Origin: Promethearchaeota archaeon
GTDB lineage: Archaea > Asgardarchaeota > Hermodarchaeia > Hermodarchaeales > Hermodarchaeaceae
Length of the DNA: 56,983 nucleotides
NCBI GenBank assembly: GCA_048938385.1
Contig: JBHLMG010000004.1
Location: 1-56,983, forward strand
Direction: 5' to 3'
A program made the translations under genes and the position numbers. Position 1 is the stretch's first letter, and every line of letters begins with the position of its first letter. This document shows, in pieces, positions 21,188 to 29,951 of this stretch. The notes beneath the pieces were generated by a model. That model ran no database searches. It was not told the origin of the DNA and saw only the letters and a list, made by a program, of their open reading frames with translations.

Positions 21188-21808
21188 TCAAAACGATTTA
21201 AAAACGACTTTGATTGCCTCAAAGGCTTCCGCATATGCTCTATTAATTTTAAGGCCTCTTGATCTCATTAAGCTCTCGAGATACTCTTTATTGAAATACT
21301 GCTTTTTAGTTTCGATTTGGGACTGGTAGTTCCAAAGAGCCTGTATCTTTTTTTCAACATGATGATCTTGAAGCGGGATAAAACAGCTTTCTCTAAAAAC
21401 AATGAGATTCCAAGGAAGTTCGTATCCAAGGATGGTGCTATCTTTGAAAATGCGAAGCGCCTCATTGGTTACCGTTTGATGATCTTGATGCAAATCGTTT
21501 GTTGATGGGGTGAGTACTAAGTCAATTTCGGTTTCTTGGTTAAAGGCGTACAGAATGTCAAGGATTTCTTGTCTTAATTTTGGAAAAATTCTTACTTGAA
21601 TATCAAAGATCTTAAAATCTGAAACCCCAAGCACTGCTAAAGATTTCTTACATTCATTCTTAAGGCGCACTTTAGGTGCAGAAAACGCGTAATATGTGAC
21701 ATAGCTTCCATTCTCCACCAATCGTGCGATGGTTCCTCCTGCTCCTAGTTCTCCATCATCTGTATGGGGACTCAACACTAGAACATTTTTAAAAATTGGA
21801 TTTTTCAT
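21188..21808 (-). CDS. PIG-L/LmbE family N-acetylsugar deacetylase
   Basis: Motifs SPHTDDGELGAGG, DLHQDH, YE and AEAF. Confidence 0.92.
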   Translation of the reverse strand: MKNPIFKNVLVLSPHTDDGELGAGGTIARLVENGSYVTYYAFSAPKVRLKNECKKSLAVLGVSDFKIFDIQVRIFPKLRQEILDILYAFNQETEIDLVLTPSTNDLHQDHQTVTNEALRIFKDSTILGYELPWNLIVFRESCFIPLQDHHVEKKIQALWNYQSQIETKKQYFNKEYLESLMRSRGLKINRAYAEAFEAIKVVFKSF

Positions 21809-22860
21809 AGAACTCGTTTGCCTCCTTTGTGGAATATTTGATCCATGAATCTTACCATACGGCGACCATAATCAATTTTGAACTTATATTTCATAACTTC
21901 TTCTTCCGTGAGTTCACCTAATGCTAATTTAATTGCCAAATAAGGAGCAATTAGTTCTTTTTGATAAATAAAGGTGGAAACTCTGGGATTTATCTCAATC
22001 AACCTATTTGCAATGAATTGTAAATTAACACAATAACTTAATGGAATTGCCTTCAAAATAGTTCGAGTTTGTTCTATTAGATCGGGACGATCCACTAATT
22101 CTCCTCGTACTATTACTCCCCATCGAGCTTGTTCCACAGTTTTCACGGTGGTGAGTAATTCTCTTCCTTTCAGAGCTATACAATCACTGGTTAGCTCTCC
22201 TCCTTCAAGATATTCCATCAGAAGTAATTTTGGAAATGTGGGACTCTCTGAAAAAATCTCTTCAAACTCATGGAGTGACATAAACTTACTTTGTGGTTTC
22301 TGGCTTAGTAAGTGATTCTCGCGATCAACCTTGGCGTCGAGAATTCTAACCCCTCTACTCCCCTTTCCAATATGCGGTTTGAATATTACTGGAGACTCAG
22401 GATATCCTAGCTTTGTTGCACTAATCATGAATTCATCTAGAGTTTCAACGGAGTAGTACCGGGGTAGGGGTAATTTCGTGCTTTTTCGAAGGGTTTCATA
22501 CATCAAGTATTTGTTATTAGAAATCACGATGGGTTCTGGATCCGAAACAAGGACTCGGGTTCCTAACGCTTCAAATCTGGCTGCATTCTGAGCTAGAGGG
22601 TACACTTCAAAACTGGATTCGGGAAAGAGAATATCGGGCTGTTCTTTTTCTACAATATCGAGTAAGCGGGGAATGTAGTTCTCTGAATGACCGCTTGGAA
22701 CTGGGTAAAAGCCATCACAAAAAAAGCGTCCTATTGCCTCTTTGTCCATGTCTGTTCCAATGATCTCGATTGATCGTTCGCCATTGTTTTTGAGCATTTG
22801 AATAAGCGTTGACGCCCCGGGGCAACCGCATGCCGTAAGTATAATTTTCAACTTGCGCAT
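21805..22860 (-). CDS. ATP-grasp ligase
   Basis: Motifs ILTACG, NNKY, FKPHIGKGSRG, MEYLEG and NLQF...IEINPR. Confidence 0.88.
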   Translation of the reverse strand: MRKLKIILTACGCPGASTLIQMLKNNGERSIEIIGTDMDKEAIGRFFCDGFYPVPSGHSENYIPRLLDIVEKEQPDILFPESSFEVYPLAQNAARFEALGTRVLVSDPEPIVISNNKYLMYETLRKSTKLPLPRYYSVETLDEFMISATKLGYPESPVIFKPHIGKGSRGVRILDAKVDRENHLLSQKPQSKFMSLHEFEEIFSESPTFPKLLLMEYLEGGELTSDCIALKGRELLTTVKTVEQARWGVIVRGELVDRPDLIEQTRTILKAIPLSYCVNLQFIANRLIEINPRVSTFIYQKELIAPYLAIKLALGELTEEEVMKYKFKIDYGRRMVRFMDQIFHKGGKRVL

Positions 22861-22913
22861 TATAGGTCAGCTCAGAACCATGCGCCTTTAACGAAATTAA
22901 AGCTTCCTTCCGA

Positions 22914-23423
22914 TTAGCCTTTTACTCTTTGCTGTTTTATTGTTGCGAATAGGTCTTGGGGAAGGAGGTAGGGTTCTTTGACGGCTTCAAATCGGAGGGA
23001 GAGGTGATAACTGGTGATGCCTTCGGTTTTACTCATTAGATCTCCGACGATTCGCTGCATTTCTTCTGCTGATGGAAACACTCCTTTAGCGTGGATGTTA
23101 TGGGCTCCCGTTACAACCCAGACAAGGTAGAAATATGGTGATTGAGCGATTGCTTCTGCGACGCGTTTAGTTAGGGCGGGCTCGCATTCCACTCCCACAG
23201 TAATAAAAATTGGTAGATGGAGTTTATCAGGGTTAATGATTACGCTGTATCCGGTGATAACGCCGTTGCGCTCCAGTTTGGAAATGTGATACCGGACTGT
23301 GGCCTCACTAACCTTCATGAGTTGAGCGATTCTTCGAACAGGAGCACGAGCATTTTGTGATAGTAGTTGAATCAGTTTAAATTCAAAATCAGTGATGTTC
23401 GTATCTTTCGCCATTAGCTTCAC
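22914..23423 (-). CDS. Lrp/AsnC family transcriptional regulator
   Basis: N-terminal HTH LSQNARAP..IA..MKVSEATVRY..KLE..GVITGY; C-terminal RAM domain with VTG. Confidence 0.92.
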   Translation of the reverse strand: MKLMAKDTNITDFEFKLIQLLSQNARAPVRRIAQLMKVSEATVRYHISKLERNGVITGYSVIINPDKLHLPIFITVGVECEPALTKRVAEAIAQSPYFYLVWVVTGAHNIHAKGVFPSAEEMQRIVGDLMSKTEGITSYHLSLRFEAVKEPYLLPQDLFATIKQQRVKG

Positions 23424-23590
23424 AACATTAATATTCGAAAAAATTGTGCGGTTATTTTACGCATATCGTTATAAAAATGTGTCTTCTTTAGCATAAATTG
23501 GCGAAAGCAACAGAATTCTACATCAAAATGATACCCGCTTTAATCAGTAATCTTTTTAAAACAAACACCAAGGTTCCTCCACTCTAATCG
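23424..23590. promoter_or_regulatory. Divergent AT-rich promoter region between Lrp and the cysH-cysteate synthase-comDE operon
   Basis: AT-rich gap between divergent starts with TATA-like TTATAAAA and TTTTTAAAA. Lrp control is inferred. Confidence 0.45.
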
Positions 23591-24313
23591 GTGATCTTAA
23601 TGACCGGGGCTCCTGAAAACTTGCTTGAGAAGATCGAAGCCAGTAAACAGATTATTGCCAAAGCACTTGAAAAGTATCCCCGAACTGCAGTTGCCTGTAG
23701 CTTTGGGAAAGACAGCCTAGTCGTGTTAGCATTGGCTCGAGAAGTAAAACCCGATATTCCCGTGTTCTCTGTGCTCACTCCCATGAAACCGCCAGAAACC
23801 TTTGCTTTCAAAGAGGAGCTCGAACATTTTTGGAATATCAATATTAGCGTCTATATGGCAGACCAGGAGCCTATCCCTGACCTTTGGAAAACGGATCCTG
23901 ATCAATGCTGTCAAATATTCAAAGTTGAACCAACTCTTGAAGCGCTCAAGGGATTGGATGCTTGGATTACTGGTCTTCGCAGAACCGAGGGGCGGACGCG
24001 TACTGACTTTGAACCTTTTGAAGTCTGTAATGGTACAATGAAAGTTAATCCCATTCTTGACTGGACTGAACTGGATATCTGGCGGTACACTGCTATCTTC
24101 GGTGTCCCTGTCAATCCCGCTTACCAAAAGGGTTATCGAAGTCTAGGTTGTGCACCTTGCACTGTTCTTGTTAAGGACAATGAAACAGAACGAGCGGGAA
24201 GATGGATTGGAACAAGCAAGTGCGGTGGAGAATGCGGGATTCACACTATGCATAAGAAAGGAAACGGTGGGAAGGTCAAACCCAGGAGTGAACCATGGGC
24301 GACTACCGCATAA
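23591..24313 (+). CDS. cysH: Adenosine 5'-phosphosulfate (APS)/PAPS reductase, [4Fe-4S] type
   Basis: Motifs SFGKDS, CC..FKVEP, WITGLRR, GYRSLGCAPCT, ERAGRW and ECGIH. The CC plus CxxC motifs indicate the Fe-S APS reductase type. Confidence 0.92.
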   Translation: MILMTGAPENLLEKIEASKQIIAKALEKYPRTAVACSFGKDSLVVLALAREVKPDIPVFSVLTPMKPPETFAFKEELEHFWNINISVYMADQEPIPDLWKTDPDQCCQIFKVEPTLEALKGLDAWITGLRRTEGRTRTDFEPFEVCNGTMKVNPILDWTELDIWRYTAIFGVPVNPAYQKGYRSLGCAPCTVLVKDNETERAGRWIGTSKCGGECGIHTMHKKGNGGKVKPRSEPWATTA

Positions 24314-25524
24314 TTTGCCCGCAATGTAAGAAAGAGTTTTCCGGTTATGCTCTTTCCTGCGAATGTTTCTCCCTTCTTCGAACAGAATATAGCAATTCTC
24401 TAAATATTCAAGCTTTACCTGGGCTTTGGCGTTTTCTAGATTGGCTACCCTGCAAGAAGCCACTAGACACTCAAGCAGGTTCAGTCACCTTTCGGAGTTC
24501 AAAGCTAGCGAAGGAACTCGGATTGAAGAATCTCTTCATTGCCTTTACTGGCTATTGGCCTGAGAAGCGGGCTTATAACCTAACGGGCTCGTTTAAAGAC
24601 CTTGAGTCTAACCCAACCATCGCTCGAGCGCAAGAGTCGGGTATCAAAGCCCTTGCCATTGCCTCAGCAGGAAACACAGCGCGTGCTTTTGCTCATCTAG
24701 CAAATAAGACAGGGTTTGATGTATATCTGGTCGTACCAAAATCTTGTTTGGATAAATTATGGACTCCCGAACCCCCAACCAGTAATGTCCACTTATTCAC
24801 CGTCGATGGGGATTATTGTAGTACCATTGAAGTAACCGCACAATTTTGTCAGGTCAACGGGATCACTCCAGAGGGTGGTGCAAAAAATGTTGCCAGGCGA
24901 GATGGAATGGGAACCGTGATGCTGGATGGCGCGTTCACCGTAAAGCGATTACCTGATCATTACTTCCAAGCCATAGGATCAGGAACTGGGGCTATTTCCT
25001 GTTGGGAAATGGCGGATCGGCTGAAAGCCAATGGATGGAAAGGCAATCCGGCTTTGCACCTTTCACAAAATCATCCTTTCATTCCAATAGTCAAGGCTTG
25101 GCAAGCAGGTCGTCGAGAAATTTTACCTGAAGACATGGTCGATCCTGAAGAAAGTATTAGGAAGATGCATGCCGTTGTGTTATCTAACCGCCATCCTCCC
25201 TATGCGATCGGCGGTGGCGTGTACGATGCTTTGACGGATACACAGGGAAAGATGTATTCGGTAAATAACGCTGAAGCGCAGAAAGCAGGAAAGCTATTCG
25301 AGGCACTCGAGGAGATTGATTTAGTTCCAGCTGCCGAAGTTGTTGTTGCTTCCCTGCTTCAGGCAGTGGAGGCGGGTACAATAAACAAAACAGACCACAT
25401 CCTTCTGAATGTCACGGGGGGTGGATTAAAGCGTCTCAAAGAGGATTTTGGTTTCTTTGAGATCGAACCCGAAGGCACTCTGAGCTTTGATAACTGCTCT
25501 TTAAATCCGAATAATGTGTATTGA
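24295..25524 (+). CDS. Cysteate synthase (PLP-dependent, threonine synthase paralog)
   Basis: GYWPE...GSFK (PLP Lys), ASAGNTARAF, EGGAKNVARRDGMGTVM, YFQAIGSGTG and VLSNRHPPY, as in Methanosarcina-type cysteate synthase; adjacent to comDE. Confidence 0.9.
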   Translation: MGDYRIICPQCKKEFSGYALSCECFSLLRTEYSNSLNIQALPGLWRFLDWLPCKKPLDTQAGSVTFRSSKLAKELGLKNLFIAFTGYWPEKRAYNLTGSFKDLESNPTIARAQESGIKALAIASAGNTARAFAHLANKTGFDVYLVVPKSCLDKLWTPEPPTSNVHLFTVDGDYCSTIEVTAQFCQVNGITPEGGAKNVARRDGMGTVMLDGAFTVKRLPDHYFQAIGSGTGAISCWEMADRLKANGWKGNPALHLSQNHPFIPIVKAWQAGRREILPEDMVDPEESIRKMHAVVLSNRHPPYAIGGGVYDALTDTQGKMYSVNNAEAQKAGKLFEALEEIDLVPAAEVVVASLLQAVEAGTINKTDHILLNVTGGGLKRLKEDFGFFEIEPEGTLSFDNCSLNPNNVY

Positions 25525-26674
25525 TATTTTTCAATTGCTATTGGTGACGAAAGTGAATGTTTCTGAAGAAATAATTGCCAAGCTGAAAACAGCAGACATC
25601 GATTTCTTTGCTACTTATCCCTGTGCAAAAATTCAGAGCCTTCTCATGTTAACTCACTCGCACTTCCAAAGTCTTGGGGTTACAAAAGAGGAAGAAGGTG
25701 TAGGCATCTGTGCTGGGGCTGCTCTAGCAGGAGCAAAGCCAGCTATGTTGATCCAAAGTACGGGTCTTGGAAATATGATCAACGCCCTCTGTTCGTTGAC
25801 GCTAACCTACCGCTTACCCTTATTGATAATGGTTAGCTGGCGTGGGGTTTATCAGGAAATTATTCCAGCTCAAACTCCCTTGGGGCAGAGCCTTCCTAAA
25901 ATCCTCAAAGCTATTGGTGCTACATTTTATGTTATCGAGAAACGCAGTAATCTAACAAGACTCGATAAAGCAATCAAGGAAACATATTCTCGAAATTCGC
26001 TTCAAGTGGTCCTGTTTAGCCCCCAATTATGGGAAAAGGAAGAATTTCCCGATGTTAGGCAGGAAAACTTTCTTAGTACAAATAGTGCGCCAAACCTTGC
26101 CCCTGTATCGGTCGAAAGAAAATTAACCCGATATGAGATACTCCAATCTTTAGCACCTTTCTTGGAAAAGAAAGTAGTAATATCGAATATCGGTTACCCA
26201 TCCCGTGAACTCTATCAGGTAAAACCACAACCATCGAATTTCTACATGCTTGGAAGCCTTGGACTAGCTTCAGCAATTGGTCTTGGCGGATCAGTTTTCA
26301 CTAAACGCGAAGTGGTGGTAATTGATGGTGATGGAAGCCTTTTGTCAAATCTTGGTGTTCTGGCCTCAATTGCTCAACTAGCTCCACCTAATCTAACTAT
26401 AGTCGCTATAGATAACAGCGCCCACGGATCAACAGGCAATCAAACTACTCCAACAGCAGGTACCGTAGATTTAGGGTTAACAGCTAAAGGTTTAGGAATT
26501 GAAAAGGTCTTCCGGTTTTCTGATCGTAAAGAACTCGAGGCACTTCCCTCAGTTATCGGTGAGGGACCAACCTTCCTTCATGTGATTGCTCGCGCAGGAA
26601 ACGCAAAGGTTCCTCCTATTCCATTGTCACCGACTGTAATAAAACAGATCTTCATGGAAGAACTCCAGAAATAG
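25514..26674 (+). CDS. comDE: Sulfopyruvate decarboxylase, fused alpha/beta ComDE (likely start GTG ~25553)
   Basis: Alpha half has KEEEGVGICAGA..AG and IQSTGLGNMINAL. Beta half has NIGYPSRELY, NFYMLGSLG, the TPP motif DGDGSLL...DN and GSTGNQ. Confidence 0.9.
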   Translation: MCIDIFQLLLVTKVNVSEEIIAKLKTADIDFFATYPCAKIQSLLMLTHSHFQSLGVTKEEEGVGICAGAALAGAKPAMLIQSTGLGNMINALCSLTLTYRLPLLIMVSWRGVYQEIIPAQTPLGQSLPKILKAIGATFYVIEKRSNLTRLDKAIKETYSRNSLQVVLFSPQLWEKEEFPDVRQENFLSTNSAPNLAPVSVERKLTRYEILQSLAPFLEKKVVISNIGYPSRELYQVKPQPSNFYMLGSLGLASAIGLGGSVFTKREVVVIDGDGSLLSNLGVLASIAQLAPPNLTIVAIDNSAHGSTGNQTTPTAGTVDLGLTAKGLGIEKVFRFSDRKELEALPSVIGEGPTFLHVIARAGNAKVPPIPLSPTVIKQIFMEELQK

Positions 26675-26783
26675 GATCTAGATTTTATTGTCCAATCGAT
26701 TTATAAATAAAAGCGAATATCGCTTTTTTCGATTTGCAAATACCGTCTCGGTAACCGTATTTGAATAACCGGGGCATTCTTCC

Positions 26784-27905
26784 ATGAAAATTCTTCATTT
26801 TTCCGATGTTGGACTCCCTGATACCCGAGTGGAACGCTCTGCATTGTTTGCAAAACAAAAAGGGTGGGAGGTAGTCTTCGCTGGTGGACGGCCACCGCAA
26901 ACCCAAATCTTCAATGCGTTCGAAACAATTCATTACCGGTACTGGAAGGCTTCGGAAAAAACTGGATTTCCAGGTACTCTACGCAGTATCCGCCGCTGGT
27001 TACAACGCTTACTTCATGATGAAGAACCTGACCTAATTCACGCGCACGACATATTTGCGGCTAAAATAGCACGCGAAATAGGTCATCCTTTCGTTTACGA
27101 TGATCACGAAATCTGGGGCTCACGAATCTCCTATCAAGGCTCTCAAGTGATAAAGCAAAATCGTACTTTGCTGCGTCAAATAGCCACATGGTTCGCCATT
27201 AGAAACTGGCGAAAATGGGAATCAGAGATTTTCAAAGCAGCTCCCATAATTACAGTAAGTGAAGAAATTGCAAAACTGTATCGCCGAATTAACTCTAATG
27301 TCTTCGCCATTCCTAATTTACCACTAAGACAGGAAATCGATCTCATACCGCCTAATGATAATGTTAATGATTCTTTTCGGGTCGCTTATGTGTCACGCCA
27401 TCGTCTGCCCTTAGAGCAGCGTCGGGATACACTTGCCTTGACTGTATGGCTTCAAAACCGCTTTGACGCCTCCTTAGTCTTTATTGGTCCCAAAGTAATT
27501 GAAACTGAGGAAGTTGAAAACCACGGATATGTTAGTCACCAAGAAATGCTTCGAATCTTATCAACTTGTGACATCGCCCTGATGGGTCAAAAAACTAGAC
27601 TTCCTGTCTACTCGTTTCAAAACCGGTTTCCTCTTTTTCTTCACGCAGGACTCAAAACGATTGTTCCGAATTCGAAAATTGTAGAGGCAAAATTTTGTAG
27701 GGATCATGCCGTGGGATGGTCGTGGCATTCTGCAGACAATTTAAAAACAATACTTAGGCGACAAGTTGTGGAATTTAACGCAGATGTTGAGCAATGGAAT
27801 CAAGATAAGGGGCGCGTCCGTGAAATTGCCAAGAAATACCTGGTGTGGAATTTCTTTGAAAAGCGGCTCGAAGAAGCATATGAAAGCGCTTTAACGATGA
27901 AATGA
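26784..27905 (+). CDS. GT-B fold glycosyltransferase (GT4-like)
   Basis: Motifs DTRVER, PDLIHAHD, VYDDHE, ITVSE and NRF..FLHAGL. Confidence 0.75.
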   Translation: MKILHFSDVGLPDTRVERSALFAKQKGWEVVFAGGRPPQTQIFNAFETIHYRYWKASEKTGFPGTLRSIRRWLQRLLHDEEPDLIHAHDIFAAKIAREIGHPFVYDDHEIWGSRISYQGSQVIKQNRTLLRQIATWFAIRNWRKWESEIFKAAPIITVSEEIAKLYRRINSNVFAIPNLPLRQEIDLIPPNDNVNDSFRVAYVSRHRLPLEQRRDTLALTVWLQNRFDASLVFIGPKVIETEEVENHGYVSHQEMLRILSTCDIALMGQKTRLPVYSFQNRFPLFLHAGLKTIVPNSKIVEAKFCRDHAVGWSWHSADNLKTILRRQVVEFNADVEQWNQDKGRVREIAKKYLVWNFFEKRLEEAYESALTMK

Positions 27906-27948
27906 GTGAGCAAAGGAAAACACAGGTTCAAGTGGTTAACTTTCGAAT

Positions 27949-28512
27949 CTATGTGCTGAATACAACTGATGCTGTTGGTGTAGTTCCTTCTAACTGAAAT
28001 AGCTGAATGGCTCTAGTCAAACTTTCAAAGACCTGGTTAACATTACTACCGGTTTTCGATGAATATGGGATGAAAGCGAAAATATCATGATTGGTACAAA
28101 AGCTACGAATTACCTCATGAGAAATATGTGAGGCTAGATCCGATTTCGCTCCTGCAAGGACGATCGCGTGTTGGTGGGAGGGATGAGCGTATCGTCCAAC
28201 CAGATTCAACCAAACTTCTGCTTCGTTAAGGGTGTCCGGACGAGTTTGATCGATGACTAGTACAACCGCACTGGCCCCTGAACAAAATTGAGGCATAAGA
28301 AACCGAAACCGTGATTGACCACTAAGATCCCATATACTCAAGTTTAATGGCCCTGTTTCCCCCAAACACACTTTTTGAGCGAAGTTAACGCCTATAGTTG
28401 GGGCAGCTTCCAAGTACTCATTGAACACATATCGTTGCACCAAAGTGGTCTTTCCAACTTGACCTGCACCAACGATTAGCACCTTCACAAGTGGCGTTTG
28501 TTGTCGTAACAC
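27949..28512 (-). CDS. Rab-like small GTPase
   Basis: G1 GAGQVGKT, PTIGVNF, G3 WDLSGQSRF, variant G4 AKSD and G5 SSKTG. Confidence 0.9.
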   Translation of the reverse strand: MLRQQTPLVKVLIVGAGQVGKTTLVQRYVFNEYLEAAPTIGVNFAQKVCLGETGPLNLSIWDLSGQSRFRFLMPQFCSGASAVVLVIDQTRPDTLNEAEVWLNLVGRYAHPSHQHAIVLAGAKSDLASHISHEVIRSFCTNHDIFAFIPYSSKTGSNVNQVFESLTRAIQLFQLEGTTPTASVVFST

Positions 28513-28706
28513 AACACTTACCTCTCTTTACAAATTGCAGGAACGCTTATAGGCACCACAAATACCCTTGCAGTGAGAGCGAGACGAAGCCTATCTTCGA
28601 GTTACATGCAGTGTTACTTTAATCAATGAAAAGTAGTTTTTATCAGGATGACCGTAATTATTTGGAAAACACACCCTTCTTCGAATAATACTTTTCAATT
28701 ACAACG

Positions 28707-29414
28707 GTGGTTGGATTGAAAGCTTACCTTGCAGGAAAGCCTCTACTTAGCACAACGGACTGGCCTGGCACGGCGTGCTGTGTAGTGTTTTTTGCTGGAT
28801 GCAATCTCCGTTGTCGGTTTTGCTTTAACACACCAGTACTAGAATTCAAGGAAGTCTTCCATGTGGAACTTTCTCCCCTCTTTGATGAACTAAACGCCCA
28901 CAGGTACCTCATTGAAGGAGTCATTGCTACCGGAGGAGAACCAGCATTGCAACCCGACCCACTAGAAGCTCTTGCTGAATGGACACATCGTCACAAACTA
29001 AAGTTTGGCATCATGACGAATGGTACAAAGCCCACCGTTATCGAAAGCCTGCTCAACGCCGATCTCCTTGATTATGTCGCAGTTGATATCAAAACAGTAC
29101 CGAATGAAAAGGAATATGCCCGCATAACACAGGCGCAATCCCCAATCCTATCAGACATCAACACCACGATTTCTCTACTGAAATCCTCATCAGTCAATTA
29201 TGAATTTCGAACGACTTTAGTTCCCTCTATAGTAGATAAAATTAGTCAAATCCAAGAAATCATGAACTGGGTTGGTGCAAAGCATTATGTTCTCCAAAGC
29301 TTCCGACCAACTGACACTGTTCTGGATTCAAAGCTGTCACAGCCATTCTCCAACGAAGAACTTGACAAGTTCCAAGTATTTGCAAATGAGCATAATGTGA
29401 AAACACGATTTTAA
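28707..29414 (+). CDS. nrdG: Anaerobic ribonucleotide reductase activating enzyme (radical SAM)
   Basis: Motifs TDWPG, GCNLRCRFCFN, TGGEP, TNG, VDIK and EFRTT; nrdD lies 3 kb away. Confidence 0.88.
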   Translation: MVGLKAYLAGKPLLSTTDWPGTACCVVFFAGCNLRCRFCFNTPVLEFKEVFHVELSPLFDELNAHRYLIEGVIATGGEPALQPDPLEALAEWTHRHKLKFGIMTNGTKPTVIESLLNADLLDYVAVDIKTVPNEKEYARITQAQSPILSDINTTISLLKSSSVNYEFRTTLVPSIVDKISQIQEIMNWVGAKHYVLQSFRPTDTVLDSKLSQPFSNEELDKFQVFANEHNVKTRF

Positions 29415-29491
29415 GGTGCTAGGGAAGGCGTTGATGTGAAAGCTTTAATCATTGACTAAGGATGAATTGCCTAAGTTAATGACCTTGTGAG

Positions 29492-29905
29492 TTGGTTCTC
29501 ATGATTTGGAAGGTTCGCCTTATTAAAGGAGCAGTCCAAAAATTTCATGATATTCAACAAATAATTGGCCATTACTATGAACTTCAACAAGGATGGATCC
29601 ATAAACTCCAATCCCTCATTAAAAACAAGACAAACTATCATATCCATCTTAATGTGATTAAATCGGTTCATGGACCAAAGGACACGAGCTTGCTAGTTCC
29701 TTTCCTCCTCCTCCTTGTGACTAAAACCCAACTTACTGTGACCTTCCTTGGGGAACTAACGGAAGACGAATCAGCGTATTTAATTGGTGTGTGGCCTGAT
29801 GCTTTTCGTTCGATTCTCACTTCAGACCAACAAGCCCTTCTCAACCTCGCCTATATTACTGTCGAAAAACCCCACCTTATCGAAGAACTCCAATTGTTCT
29901 TCTAG
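29492..29905 (+). CDS. Hypothetical protein (ATG at 29501 likely)
   Basis: The ORF fills the gap on the sense strand and has a TATA-like GAAAGCTTTAAT upstream. No motif recognised. Confidence 0.55.
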   Translation: MVLMIWKVRLIKGAVQKFHDIQQIIGHYYELQQGWIHKLQSLIKNKTNYHIHLNVIKSVHGPKDTSLLVPFLLLLVTKTQLTVTFLGELTEDESAYLIGVWPDAFRSILTSDQQALLNLAYITVEKPHLIEELQLFF

Positions 29906-29951
29906 ATCAAATCTAAACTGCTTTCTTGGGTTTCCCTTAAGGCAATGAGGC

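Noticed and set aside
20058-22860. Pyrrolysine biosynthesis (PylC) or carbamoyl-phosphate synthase
   Set aside because: No pylB/D/S/T is present, the proteins are far too short for CarB, and the context is glycan modification.
23591-26674. Evidence that the host is a methanogen
   Set aside because: No mcr, mtr or other methanogenesis genes are in the window, and the rest of the gene content is Asgard-like.
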